Source: Daphnia carinata (lineage: Eukaryota). From it: 64,000 nt of DNA. How positions within the stretch are numbered: position 1 is the first letter of the stretch; every line of letters starts with the position of its first letter. The stretch spans positions 8,618,001-8,682,000 of the forward strand of contig NC_081333.1 of assembly GCF_022539665.2 (NCBI RefSeq). The letters are read 5' to 3'. Below the pieces are notes generated by a model that saw nothing but the letters and a program-made list of their open reading frames with translations, was not told the DNA's origin and made no database searches. A program made the translations under genes and the position numbers. Below, piece after piece: positions 28,701-39,871 of the stretch.

Positions 28701-30196
28701 TTCTTCTTCTTTTTTTATTCGCCGCTTTCTCCATCAATGATTTTGGATCATTTCCTCCCCACATATTTCGGTGGTTGATCGCCTCCGTCGATCGAACTGC
28801 TGATGCGCTCGTGGGATTGCCCGTCCACGTTCGTTGATCCATCGATGACGGATGGCGCTGCAACATCGCTGTCCATCCATTGGCATTACCATTCGTCGTG
28901 ATTTTTCACATTTCTTTTTATTTCGAAAAACAAAACAAGAAAAAAAAATGTCTATTTCTGTGTTGTTTTTGCCTTTTTCTTTTACGTTGAATATGTTGGG
29001 GTTGGGCCGTCCTTTTCCTTCGGGTTTGATTATTTTCTCACTTATTCTTCTGATTTTATTTGAGTTTTACGTTGACTTTTTTTTTTTTTCGTTTTGTTTT
29101 AACTTCTCCTCCGATGATGGGGTGTGTTCATTTGATGTCGTGTGTTGTCCTTGGATGACTTGCGATGATTGAACTGTCTGGTCTTGTGTGTTTGATCTCG
29201 GTCGCAACAACAACAGCATCAGCACCAACTGCAAAAGCAACAGCATCCGCCGGCGCCGCAACAGCAGCATCCAGTCACGTGGCAGCCGAACAGCGACGGC
29301 ACCAAAATGATTGGCCGCATGATACTGATGAAAAACATGGCCGGCATAGGAGTGGGTGGAGGCGGCAGCGGAGGCGGCGGAGGCCCGTCAGGCGTTTCGG
29401 GCATCGGCAGTTCGGGCAATCCTTCATCGGCGTCCATCCTTGGCCTCAAGGTCGTCGGCGGCAAACGGGTCGACAGCGGCCGACTGGCCGCCATCGTCGA
29501 GAAGGTCAAGCGGGGCAGCGTTGCCGACACGATCGGCCACTTGCGGCCCGGTACGTGAAGCTTTTCCCCATTTATCCATTCACTTGACTCCATTCAGTTG
29601 CACTAAATGGAATCGAGTATGGACGTGGCAACAATGCGTGACGTGGGGTCTGTCCTATTGTTTGGCGTAGGTGACGAGGTGCTGGAATGGAACGGCTATC
29701 CGCTGCAAGGACGGACGTTTGAGGAAGTGTATGACATCATTTGCGAGTCGCGTTCCGATCACGAAGTGGAGATCATCGTCAGCCGACCCATCAGTGACGT
29801 TGGCCGCCCCAGTTCAATGGGAGCACAGTCAGGCGGGTCTGCCGGACCGGGTGGCCATCTCGGTCACCATCACACCGGCTACGGTTCGGCTTCCGGCTCG
29901 ATAGTGGGTGTCGGAGGCGGTGGGGCCGGCAGTACACGCAGCGGCGGCAGTAAGGTCAGTAGCAGCCAAAGGGATCGGCCGGCCGTCACCGTCACGTCGC
30001 CCGCCTCTCCGGACACTCTCCACCCGTCCTGGGGCAAAGTTCAGGTGAAATTGTGGTACGACGCATCGACCCAGCAACTGTCGGCCACGATCGTTGGCGG
30101 TTTCGACCTTCCGCCTCGGCCCAACGGCGCCCTGCGCAATCCTTACGCCAAACTCTTCCTACTGCCTGATAAAAGGTATGAAGACGCGCTTGAGCG

Positions 30197-30231
<35 letters not shown>

Positions 30232-33200
30232 CGTGGATCTTCATCAATTTTTTTTCTGTCGCATATCCATCGGATTATCGATTTCTTATCGACCGTCAAT
30301 GAGCGCTCGCTTATTGATGATCGGCAAAGTCTGAAACGCATTTTTTTTTTTGTTTCGCCAACCTTGTTTTTGTTATGTGTCTCTGCCTGTGCTCTGCGGC
30401 CGTCGTATTTTATTGTTCCTCGCATCGTCACATCTGGATCGCTTTTTGGCGTCGTCTGTTGGTCGTCGTCGTAGTGAAAAGTCGAAGCGTCGCACGAGGG
30501 CCTTAGCGTCGACGCTTGAACCGCGCTGGAACCAGACCTTCCTCTACTCGCATCTGCGCCGCTCCGAGCTGCGCTCGCGCTTCCTGGAGATCACAGTCTG
30601 GGATAGCGATCGATTAGACACTGGACGCCTTATTGGAGAAGTACTTGCTCTTTTTTTTTTTTTTCCTGCACATTTTATTCCCTTTTATTTTCGCGCACCC
30701 TGAGAGCCATCCCTATCTGTCTTCAATCTGACATCGTCGGAATGAGGAAAAAAAAAAATGGGATGGAAAATGGAAATTCCTGCCACTGCGATTACTCAAA
30801 ATCATCGATGAAAATGTCATTTTTTATTTATCTTTTTTTTTCTTCTCTCTTTTCTTTTCTTGACCGTGTCCAGGTGGTGATTGATCTTGGCGCTGCACCG
30901 CTGGACGGTGAAGCAGACTGGTACACGCTGACTTCGCACGAAGAATCCGTTCAAATTCTCGTAAGTCGTTCTACGGCGTCTTCTATAACAATCCAATTGA
31001 AGGCAGAATAATAATAAAGTTAGCGACCAATTATTGGCTTGTCCTTCGCCTCGAGTGTTGAAAACCTTTTGGACAATTACACTTCATCATTTTTTTTTTT
31101 TGTTTTTCTTTTAAATTATTGTTTACAATTTATTTATTTGTTTGTTTGTTTTTTTTTTTCTTACGATTCCCGCAGAGGCGGGCGGGATTGCAGATGTCCG
31201 AGTCGGCCACGTCGCCTGTAGGCTCTGTGGACCATTTGTCGCCGCCTTCGACCTCGTCGCGTCTCTCCGACTCGGAGCCCGACCCGTCGGATCCGGGCGA
31301 CGGGGAGGAAGGCGGTGGCGGTGGAGGCGGTGGCAGCGGCGGAATGGGTGGCGGCCCACTTCTGCCTCCTTCACGTCACACCAGAGGAGCTCTTGAGCGC
31401 AGTGTCCGCAGTGACGGAGCCTCAGTCAGCAGCATGGGCAGCAGTTCCAGGTACATAGCTGCTGTTTACACACGCTACCTTTCACGCCACTAGTACCGCA
31501 CACCGTTTCGTTGTTTACCCGTGTCCATATGATTGACGTCCTATGTTATCGCATTGGCACTTGTAAATTCACTCAAGTTTAGTTTACCGTCCATCTTTTT
31601 TTTTTTTTTTTAACCGGCACATTGATCCGTTTTTGTTTTTTTTCATTGATTTTCCGTGTGTGACATTGATCGCTCTTCGTTTGTTTTTTGATGACATTGT
31701 GAAACGTGTTTTTTTTTTTTCTGTTTGAAACAGTCCGCCTTTGGACAGTGACTACGCGGAACAGCGTCGGAGTCGGACCAGAACGGGCACCATCGTGGCC
31801 TCCGATGACAAATACCTTCGAGGTGGAGGACCCATTCTCGATCGGTCTCGACCTCGGTCTCATTCGGCAGCTCCGGATGAGATCGGTCACGATCGTGGCC
31901 GGCTCGAAAGGACTCCAAGCCAACGGGGCAGGCATGTCTTTCTTTTATTCACGATAGACGCGGAATAGGCGTAGATAAATTCAATTCACTGTCCCTAACA
32001 TTTTGTGTTGTGTCAACAGTATCTTCCACGACCGAGCCAAGAGTCCACGCCGAGTCTCCGAACCGGGCCGTCGAAGTTTATCGCCGTCTGAAGAACGGTA
32101 TAATTCAATTGAATTTCTTTGCCAACATTCCCCATTTATTATGGTCCTTCATCATCTACGTCGTCTTCCTCTCTTTTTTTTTTTTCTCTCCGTTTTCAAT
32201 TTGAAAGGCGTATAACTCGTTCGATTTTCCAGTGTATTGCGGTCCTTTTTGTTTCTTTTGTTGCGACAATCATGCAGTAGGACAAGCGAAAATGAAATAT
32301 GAGAATAGCGATGTAAATCGGTGGCCATTCAAATAGTCACAGTACGGCCTTCGTAGTAAAAACGGACGGAGGGGGGGAGGGAGGGAGGAAGTCGCAATAA
32401 TTCGATTCTCCAGCTCGAGGAATTGCCATTCTTCTTATATTCGATTTGCGTTGCGTGCGATTCCCATCACTTTGTAGGTTGCCGGATGGGTCCGGTCGTG
32501 GTGGAATGTACGGCGGCTCCGGCATGCCAAGAATGACCTCACGTTCGGCGACGGCTACCCCAACAGGATCCCCGAAACGGCGGCATCTACCGCAAATCCC
32601 GTCAGCCCTCCAACAAACCTCTTTCGCCAGGGTCAGACAGGTACACTAATCTTTCTTATTGATATTTAAACACGTCACTTAAATGAAACGTTGTTCCTTT
32701 TTAATTCCTTCTTTCACTCGGATTGGATATTTGGACGCCAGGATGTGGAAGAAAGGGCGCGAATGCTCAAATTGCGAATGGGTCAAATTCCCAACTCTGC
32801 CTACTCCGTCGGCGGAGGTGGCGCAAGTGGTGGGGTCCGATCATGGAGGATGTACAGTGGCCACAGTGATAACGACTTGCCACCGCAACGTCACAGCGTC
32901 ACAAGAGGTTCGTCGTCGGGCGGTCATTATTCCAGCAAAGGAAGCGGAATGAGCCGGACCAGCCGGTCTCTGTCGGGAGCCGGACCTGATGGTGGCAAGG
33001 TTCTCCTGTCACCGGACCGCGAGAGCAGAGAGAGGCCTGGACCTGAACGCGGTGGCGGCGGAAGTGGCAGCGGCGGTGCGGGAGGCGGCGACAGTGACGT
33101 CGAGAGCCTGGTCAGTTTCGTGAGTGGCACCAGTGCCTTATCCACCCAGTCTGAACGACCATCTGCATACGTCAAACGTGTCGGGTAAGTAAAACAGCCA

Positions 33201-36200
33201 TTTTGTTTGTCTTTCTTTTTTAAATCCTTTATTAATAGGAAGTGATGTAATCATAATTGCAATAGTCGTTTGACCTACTCTAATTAATTGCCTATGAGGA
33301 AATGAAATGAATGGCGAAACAGAGACTGTAATCCAATTATTCCTCGTTTCCTCAGAAGAAAATCAATCGATAAATATTCTCAGAAAAAGATAAAAAGCCT
33401 GATACTTTCCTGCATATTTTAAGCTCCAGATTAATAGTTTCTTTTATGTTTTAAACCGTAATAAAGACTACGCTGGCAAACGGATGATGAACCGTAAAAG
33501 AAATAAAGGCTAAAAAGAAATCGAACTGATAATCGCCATAGAATATTTTTTAAACTCTCTATTAACTTTTGAATATGCTTTTTACATATCGATTTAGAAA
33601 TTGGATTGCCATTAAAGATTTTCCGTTTTATTCTTTGATGCGCTTACAGACTGGCTTCAGGGTCACTCCTTTTCTATTTTTTCCCTTTCGATAGCTGTTA
33701 TTCTTTCTTTGACCTATTCTTGTCTACTCTGTACAACGTGTTCCAAAAGAAAAGGGAAAAAAAAATCTTATTTCATCTTCATCGGTTTTTTTGGGACGGA
33801 TTTCTCTCATTGCGTCACTATTGCGTCTATGTGTGTATAGAGAGCGCCGAGAGGAGATGCTGACGGGCGAGCTGAGGGATCGTGGAGGCCAGGAAGTCGG
33901 GCCAGCCAACAGCGACGGCGGTCGCAGCGGGAGCAGCTTCCGACGGAACCAATTAGGCCGCTCCCTATCGCAAAGTGACGTTCCGGTCACGGAAAAAAAC
34001 GGTATACATTTAACTATCCATCCATCCGCATTCACATACACACACACACACACACACACATTGTATACACACACACACACACACACACACACCACGCATT
34101 CGGATACGTTTTTCTCCTTTTTCCACGATGCACGCACGCGCTCTTTATTGAAGGATTTCCTTCCCGTGTTGGCTGCTGCGCTTGTCTGTGTATCTCTTCC
34201 ATTGGGCCCGGCCCATTGATCGGCTCGAGCTTCTTTTCTTCTTATTTTTCACATCTTCCACCCGTGGAAAGCCGATGCTGAATCTAAGCGGATATAGTCG
34301 ACTGCCGTACAGACAGGGAAGAGAGAGAGAGAGAGAAAGAAAGTTGAAAAGAGAAGGAATGAAAAAGAAAGAAAAATGCCGACATGCAAGAGCCCATAAG
34401 CAACCGAGTCGACGTTGCATTTATACGGACAAAGCAGTTCTGTTCGTCGCCGTGACAAAGTCGCAATGGCACGTGTGTACCATCATCATCTGGCTCGCCA
34501 TTTTGTTTGCAGTCTTGTCTTTTATTGCAATCCGCACTCTGTCTGCGAAAATTTTGTCCAGTCTTCGACAATTCCTGTTTAAGTGTTGTAATCTGGATGC
34601 GCTTTTCTTTTTATCGATAATTGTTTTGTAGACGGTAGCCTAAGTGACACGGCCTTGAATAGCAGCTTACTGGACTGCCAATTGCCCGATCGTACGTCGT
34701 CGTCTTGGCGACGAGGTGCTTCCTCATCGGCCTCCTCTTCCGGTGGGCTGGCGCACAGCAGCAGTGCGTCGCAACCGCAGCAACTCTACGCCAACAAATC
34801 GGAAAAAGGCGGCCTTTCGAAAAAGAGCAACTCCACGTCTCAATTGTCAGCCACAGGTCAGTTTGAAAAAAAAAAACAAGCTCATTTTTTTATTTATCCA
34901 TCGTTGATTCAAATGAGGCGAAACCCAACCATAACACGCTTTTTAAGTTACATCTAATAAGAATAGAAGCATAATAGAGTATAATTGTAAACATTAGCAA
35001 GTAGTTAGATAAATTAACGATTTAAATTTCCAACTGCGTTTTATAAACAACAAAACAAAAATGGCTAAAATCCAAATGTTCCAACATCCGACCGATTTGT
35101 GCGGATGAATATTTTTTTCTTCTTCTTGGGGTGGGGCTCAAACCGGAATGTACTATTCGTTGCCGGTACTTCAGGTCGGAAGCGCAAAATGGGCTTCGGT
35201 CGGAAGGACAAAAACGCCTTCAGCGTCCACCGGTCGGAAGAGGTGATGCCCAGCACTCTGCGTCACCTGGTGAGGCAGAGCAGCAGTTTGAGCAGCAACG
35301 AGGGCTTGGGCGATGGCGAAGCGGGTGAAATGATGATGAGAGGGACCGAACGAAGTAGCAGCAACAGCAAAACAGGAGGCAAAGGAGGTGGAAGCTCCTC
35401 CAGTAATAAAGGAGGAGGTTCATCCAACTCCAACAGCAGGAAAACGTCGCCAAGCCCTCGACGAGGGCTCATGTCGGGCGCACCCTCCGTCGAGTCTGAC
35501 GGCGACGGCTCACGTGATAAAGACGGGTAGGATTCCAAGCTAACAACAGCTAAAAAACAAACAACACACAATTGTTTTCTCTCCCTGACCCACCGCCAAA
35601 CCCACCCGTACTCTACCAACAGAACAACAACAACAACCAACCTACTGTATCATATTTACTGACAGTATTGTTTTTACAACCACCAAAAAAAACCGGACGT
35701 GACCTTTTATATAGCCAGGGCCGTGCATTACATTTTGCTGTGGCCGTAACTATTGCGGGAAATAGAGCCCACAAGAAACTATACTAACTTCTCAGCTCCC
35801 AGAAAGAAAAAAAAAAAAAACGAAGCCAAACACTTGAAATTGCATCAAGGACTATTGAACGAACAAAAAAAATAGTATACATACCTTGTGACTCGACAGA
35901 CCATTACTAACTACTACCACTATTACCCTCCCGAAGGCATCCAAGCTAATATCAACCAGACGCCCTTTATATATATATATATATATATTTATTTTATTTT
36001 TATCAAACGGAGTTCGCGCTAATTGAACTCTACTAGATGTTAAGGCCCGAGTAGACTTGATGTGTACGGTCGATGTGTTTGATGCACTGCTAATGGCTTT
36101 TCATTTTCTCCACTACAACACGCGAAAAGAAAAAAAAGAAGTATCTCGCCTTACCCACCTTACACTTTCTCTTAGTTGGACTGACGCAAACAAAACCGTC

Positions 36201-37402
36201 CAGCGCACTTGATAGATTTTAAGCTTCGTGTAGAGAAAAATACCAATTGGGGGGATGCGACTCATCGTAGAACCTCACTTTAAGCGTCGTTAATATTATT
36301 CTAGGCTATTATATGTATATTTTTGTTTAATTCTGTATCATAGCTAAACTTCTAATTGATTTGATTGTAATTCTTAAGGCTTTGGTCCCACTTTGCTGTA
36401 GACTCGCTCATTTTCCTAGGCTAGTGTTGTGTATTGTTGTAGGTTTTGTGTGTCTGTATATTAGTCACTTGCAAAACAAGCGCTGTATACACCAATGCAC
36501 TGGAACAAGCCGACGTGATAATAACCGGCCCTCTATTGAAACTTAGCTATTTGTAGTTAAATAATTGAATACTGATCGGCATCCAGCACCTAATGGTCAC
36601 AACAGGACTGTGACCATAAGACGCTGTAGTTTTGGTTTTTCATTATTTTTACTTGCCATAAATTCACGTATATGTCCGTATGTGTTTGTCTGTAATTTGT
36701 CTTCCAATTTCGTTGGTTTCAAACAAAATTAATACTAGAACCTCCTGGGCGCTCCTTGAACTGCCCAATTCAAACAAAAGTCTCTTTAAAAAAGAAAAAA
36801 AAACCTTTTCATGGGAGGGATCGTGGAGGGAGTAAACATGGCTGATTGGCCATTCCATTCAAGGGAGACGCATAGAAATGTATTGATAAGTTTCATTGAA
36901 TGAGAAAAGCAAAAGCAAAGCAAACAAGAAAACAGTACGTTACACAGACTGAGAAGCAGTATAATGACTGTCCTACTCTGCTCTCTCTATATATTCCCGC
37001 CTCCACCAACCACCCTACACCCTTGGTCCGCTATCCCTCTGCCGCAAAACAACACGGGCCGGCCGATAGAGAGCGGAATGATGCGCAAGAGAAGCAGCAG
37101 CGGAAGCAGCGGCAGCAGCAGCCGCGTCCAGCGCAGCCAAGAAGTCATGCCTCTGCATCCGCAGCACAATTACCCGTACCACCAACAGCAACAACATCCG
37201 TCGCAGCAGCAGCATCACGCACAGCAACAGCAGCCGCTTTACCCGCCACAGGTGATGCACCACGGCGGGCCGGGTGGCGCGGTCGCAGCGGCCGGACGAT
37301 TGGTCCGACAGACCTCAAGAGACTCCAACGACGGTAGCCTACACAGCGTCAGCTCTGAGAGCTCTTCGTAAGCAGTTGTCCTCAATCCCGATCTCAAATC
37401 CT

Positions 37403-37452
<50 letters not shown>

Positions 37453-38642
37453 ATCTCTTTTTTTCTCTGTCTTATCTCTTTCTCCCGTGCTGAATAATTT
37501 CTTTCAAAAATAATAATAACATCTGGAACGCAACACACAATAAGCGCATCCGCTCAGAGATGATCTTGTTATATAGAAAAACACCATACCCCCCAGGTCT
37601 GCTATTTCTTCTTCTCCTTCCTTTCATCACTTGGCTATCTCTTTCATTTTCCCGACATTCAATCAAATAAAAGCTGGACGCAGAACAAAGCAAAGCTTAG
37701 AATAGAAGCTCGTTATTGACCCAGACATTCACACGAGTTCCGAGTTGGGCTTTTTTTTCTTAGCCTTCTTTTACATCTTTTCCTTCTCTCTCTGGCTTAC
37801 TCCTCCCTTTTTTTTTCTTGTTTACTAAGAGACTAGAACTTGGATGTTTCACGAGTCCACGCAGTACTTACCTAAACTTAGCTTTGGGTATCCAATGGGA
37901 AAGTAAACGTTAAATATGTTCAAAGGGAATCCGAAAGCCGAAGAAGACGAATAGGTTGGTCACGGCCGTTGGCTGGGATATGACCGCAAATGCATCAAGA
38001 ACTTCTTAAGTCATTTTACCAAACTTTTCAATTCTTTCCGTCTTTTTAGAACCGGTTTTTTTTTTCTTGCTTTCGTCTCACGGGGAGGGAAGCTACCACA
38101 GGAAACGCGTTCAATTCATTTCGTGAGGTTTCTGACCTACTGAAAGAATCCCTCAAGACCCTTCTGCTTCTTCGTATCAAATAACTTCGAAACCGCCAGA
38201 ATTCCCTTCGTTGACAAATAGCCAAAAAAATTTCTTTCAGGGCATAGTCCACTCTATTGCAACTCCGGATGAGCGGACCGCTGTATGTGTGTGTGTATGT
38301 ATGTGTCTGTGTGCGTGTGTGTATACGTCTAGGCTTTATGTAACTACCCAGAGCTTTTCCCTATTTCCTCCCTTCCACCGTTTTTTCTGTCCTCCGCCTT
38401 GTTGATTGTGTTTTCTTTTCATTTTTCAACGCTAGCTTGGTCCATTTTTGGGAAACTCGTTTTTTTTTAAATTTAATTTCTATTTTCAGCTTTCATTTTT
38501 TTCCCCTCCTTTTTGGCATGCTGCTTCCATTTGTCTCTCTTTCTCTCTCGTTTCTTTCGTAGTTCGTTTTCCAACCGACCGTTACGGGCTTGCTCGTTGA
38601 AAACGTAAGAACGTGAATCGTTCCATCTCTCTTCTCATTCAA

Positions 38643-38677
<35 letters not shown>

Positions 38678-39871
38678 AGACGCGGCACTAGAAATCCAGA
38701 CGATCGAACGGACTTTGACAGCTTTACAGACAGACTACTACTACTACTATATTACTACACTCACTCTACGACGACTATTGAACGTTTTTTCCATACACAC
38801 TCTCCTCCATCCACTCTTCTTATTTTTTCCTTTCTATCCTTCCTTTTCTATATCGGTGTCTTCATTTTTAACCGACGGGAACAACTTTATCTTCGTGCCC
38901 GTCATTTGAAGAGAATTTAAAGACTAATCGTCTGCCCTATTTTTATTTCTTTGTTTTTTATTTTTCTTGGGGACACAAATGCGGATCGTGTGTCGTTGTT
39001 CAACGTGAACAAAAAAATAAATGTGACGACAATGACAAATAACACATCATCCATCCACTAAAACAACAAAAAAGATGGGTGGGCTTAGCTCGGCTAACGG
39101 CCGAAACGGCTGGAAGCGGACCACTGGCCGATTTCGTCGAAGGTTTAGGTCCCGGCCAGCTAGTTGGCCGGCAAGTTTTGGCCGCACCGGCCTTAGGTGA
39201 TGTCCAACTCGCATTATGTGATCGCAAAGGGCGGCTGGAAGTCGAAGTCATCCGGGCGCGCGGTCTACAAGCCCGCACTGGGTCCAAACTGCTACCAGGT
39301 AAACATGGAAATAAGTTTACAAAAAAAAAATACCAAACAAAATCTTTTCATGTCTTTCTTTCAATATTTAATGTAGCTCCATATGTGAAAGTGTACCTGG
39401 TGAGCGGTAAACGTTGTCTAGCTAAAGCTAAAACAGCCACGGCTCGACGGACACTGGATCCGCTTTACCAACAGCAGCTTTCATTTAGTATTCTTTATCA
39501 AGGATGTGTTCTACAGGTACTGGACCACCTAATGCCCTTTTTTTATTTTAAAGATTCGTATAATCAATCTTCTTAACTGGCAATAGGTGACGGTGTGGGG
39601 TGATTACGGACGGATCGAGGGCCGTAAGGTGTTCATGGGCGTGGCTCAGATATTGCTGGACGATTTGGACTTGTCCAACATTGTCATCGGCTGGTACAAA
39701 CTCTTCGGGACGGCGTCTTTAGTTAGTCTGCCGCCACCTTCATCACAGCCACAGCAGCAACAACAGCAACCTCAGCAATCGCAACAACAACAGCAACAGC
39801 AGCAGCAGCAACAACAGCAGCAGCACTTGCCGCGGCGAAGTTCACAACACAGCCTCGATTCCGTCGGTTGA
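14463..39871 (+). CDS. Rim: RIM (Rab3-interacting molecule / regulating synaptic membrane exocytosis, UNC-10 family), ~1770 aa for the isoform listed, with alternative exons
   Basis: In-frame exon chain: 14463-14746, 17214-17418, 18281-18776, 21326-21925, [22258-22346 or 24028-24962], 29217-29550, 29671-30175, 30475-30640, 30874-30960, 31176-31450, 31734-31931, 32020-32097, 32478-32640, 32742-33184, 33841-34001, 34632-34856, [35175-35526 or 37070-37367], 39075-39298, 39377-39516, 39587-39871. Domains: Rab3-binding helix PDLSHLTEDERRIIESV, Zn finger CQLCLKTKFADG..CHYC..CCARCGG..WVCILCRKKQE, HPVTWQP + PDZ (ILGLKVVGGK, GDEVLEWNG), C2A (RNPYAKLFLLP, EPRWNQTF), RIM-BP ligand RHLPQIP, DGSLSDTA, C2B (GLGPGQLVGRQ, APYVKVYL, TVWGDYGR, IGWYKLF). 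Confidence 0.96.
23101..23152. repeat. (GT)26 microsatellite in RIM intron
   Basis: Direct read; lies between the two exons of the first alternative pair. Confidence 0.95.
24028..24962 (+). CDS. Rim: RIM large alternative exon (~312 aa, low complexity); either mutually exclusive with 22258-22346 or an alternative first exon
   Basis: Long stop-free GC-rich ORF (24015-24992) inside a RIM intron. Acceptor cacttag|AG at 24027/8 is phase 1 and donor AAG|gtaaaa at 24962/3 is phase 0, matching the flanking exons. An in-frame ATG is also present near 24069. Confidence 0.75.
25689..25727. repeat. Poly-T tract (~39 nt) in RIM intron
   Basis: Direct read. Confidence 0.95.
37070..37367 (+). CDS. Rim: RIM alternative exon, paralogous to exon 35175-35526
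   Basis: Encodes RKR..VQRSQEVMP..LVRQTSRDSNDGSLHSVSSE, matching the RIM QRS.E...RQ.SRES.DGS region. Acceptor gatag|AG is phase 1 and donor TC|gtaagc is phase 2. Confidence 0.85.
37407..37449. repeat. (CT)n microsatellite 40 nt downstream of RIM exon 37070-37367
   Basis: Direct read. Confidence 0.95.
38646..38676. repeat. Poly-G tract (~31 nt) in RIM intron
   Basis: Direct read. It could form a G-quadruplex; the length may be affected by sequencing error. Confidence 0.9.

Noticed and set aside
32278..32330. Possible extra RIM exon (atgcag|tag|gacaag...cg|gtggcc)
   Set aside because: In-frame TGA in the required phase.
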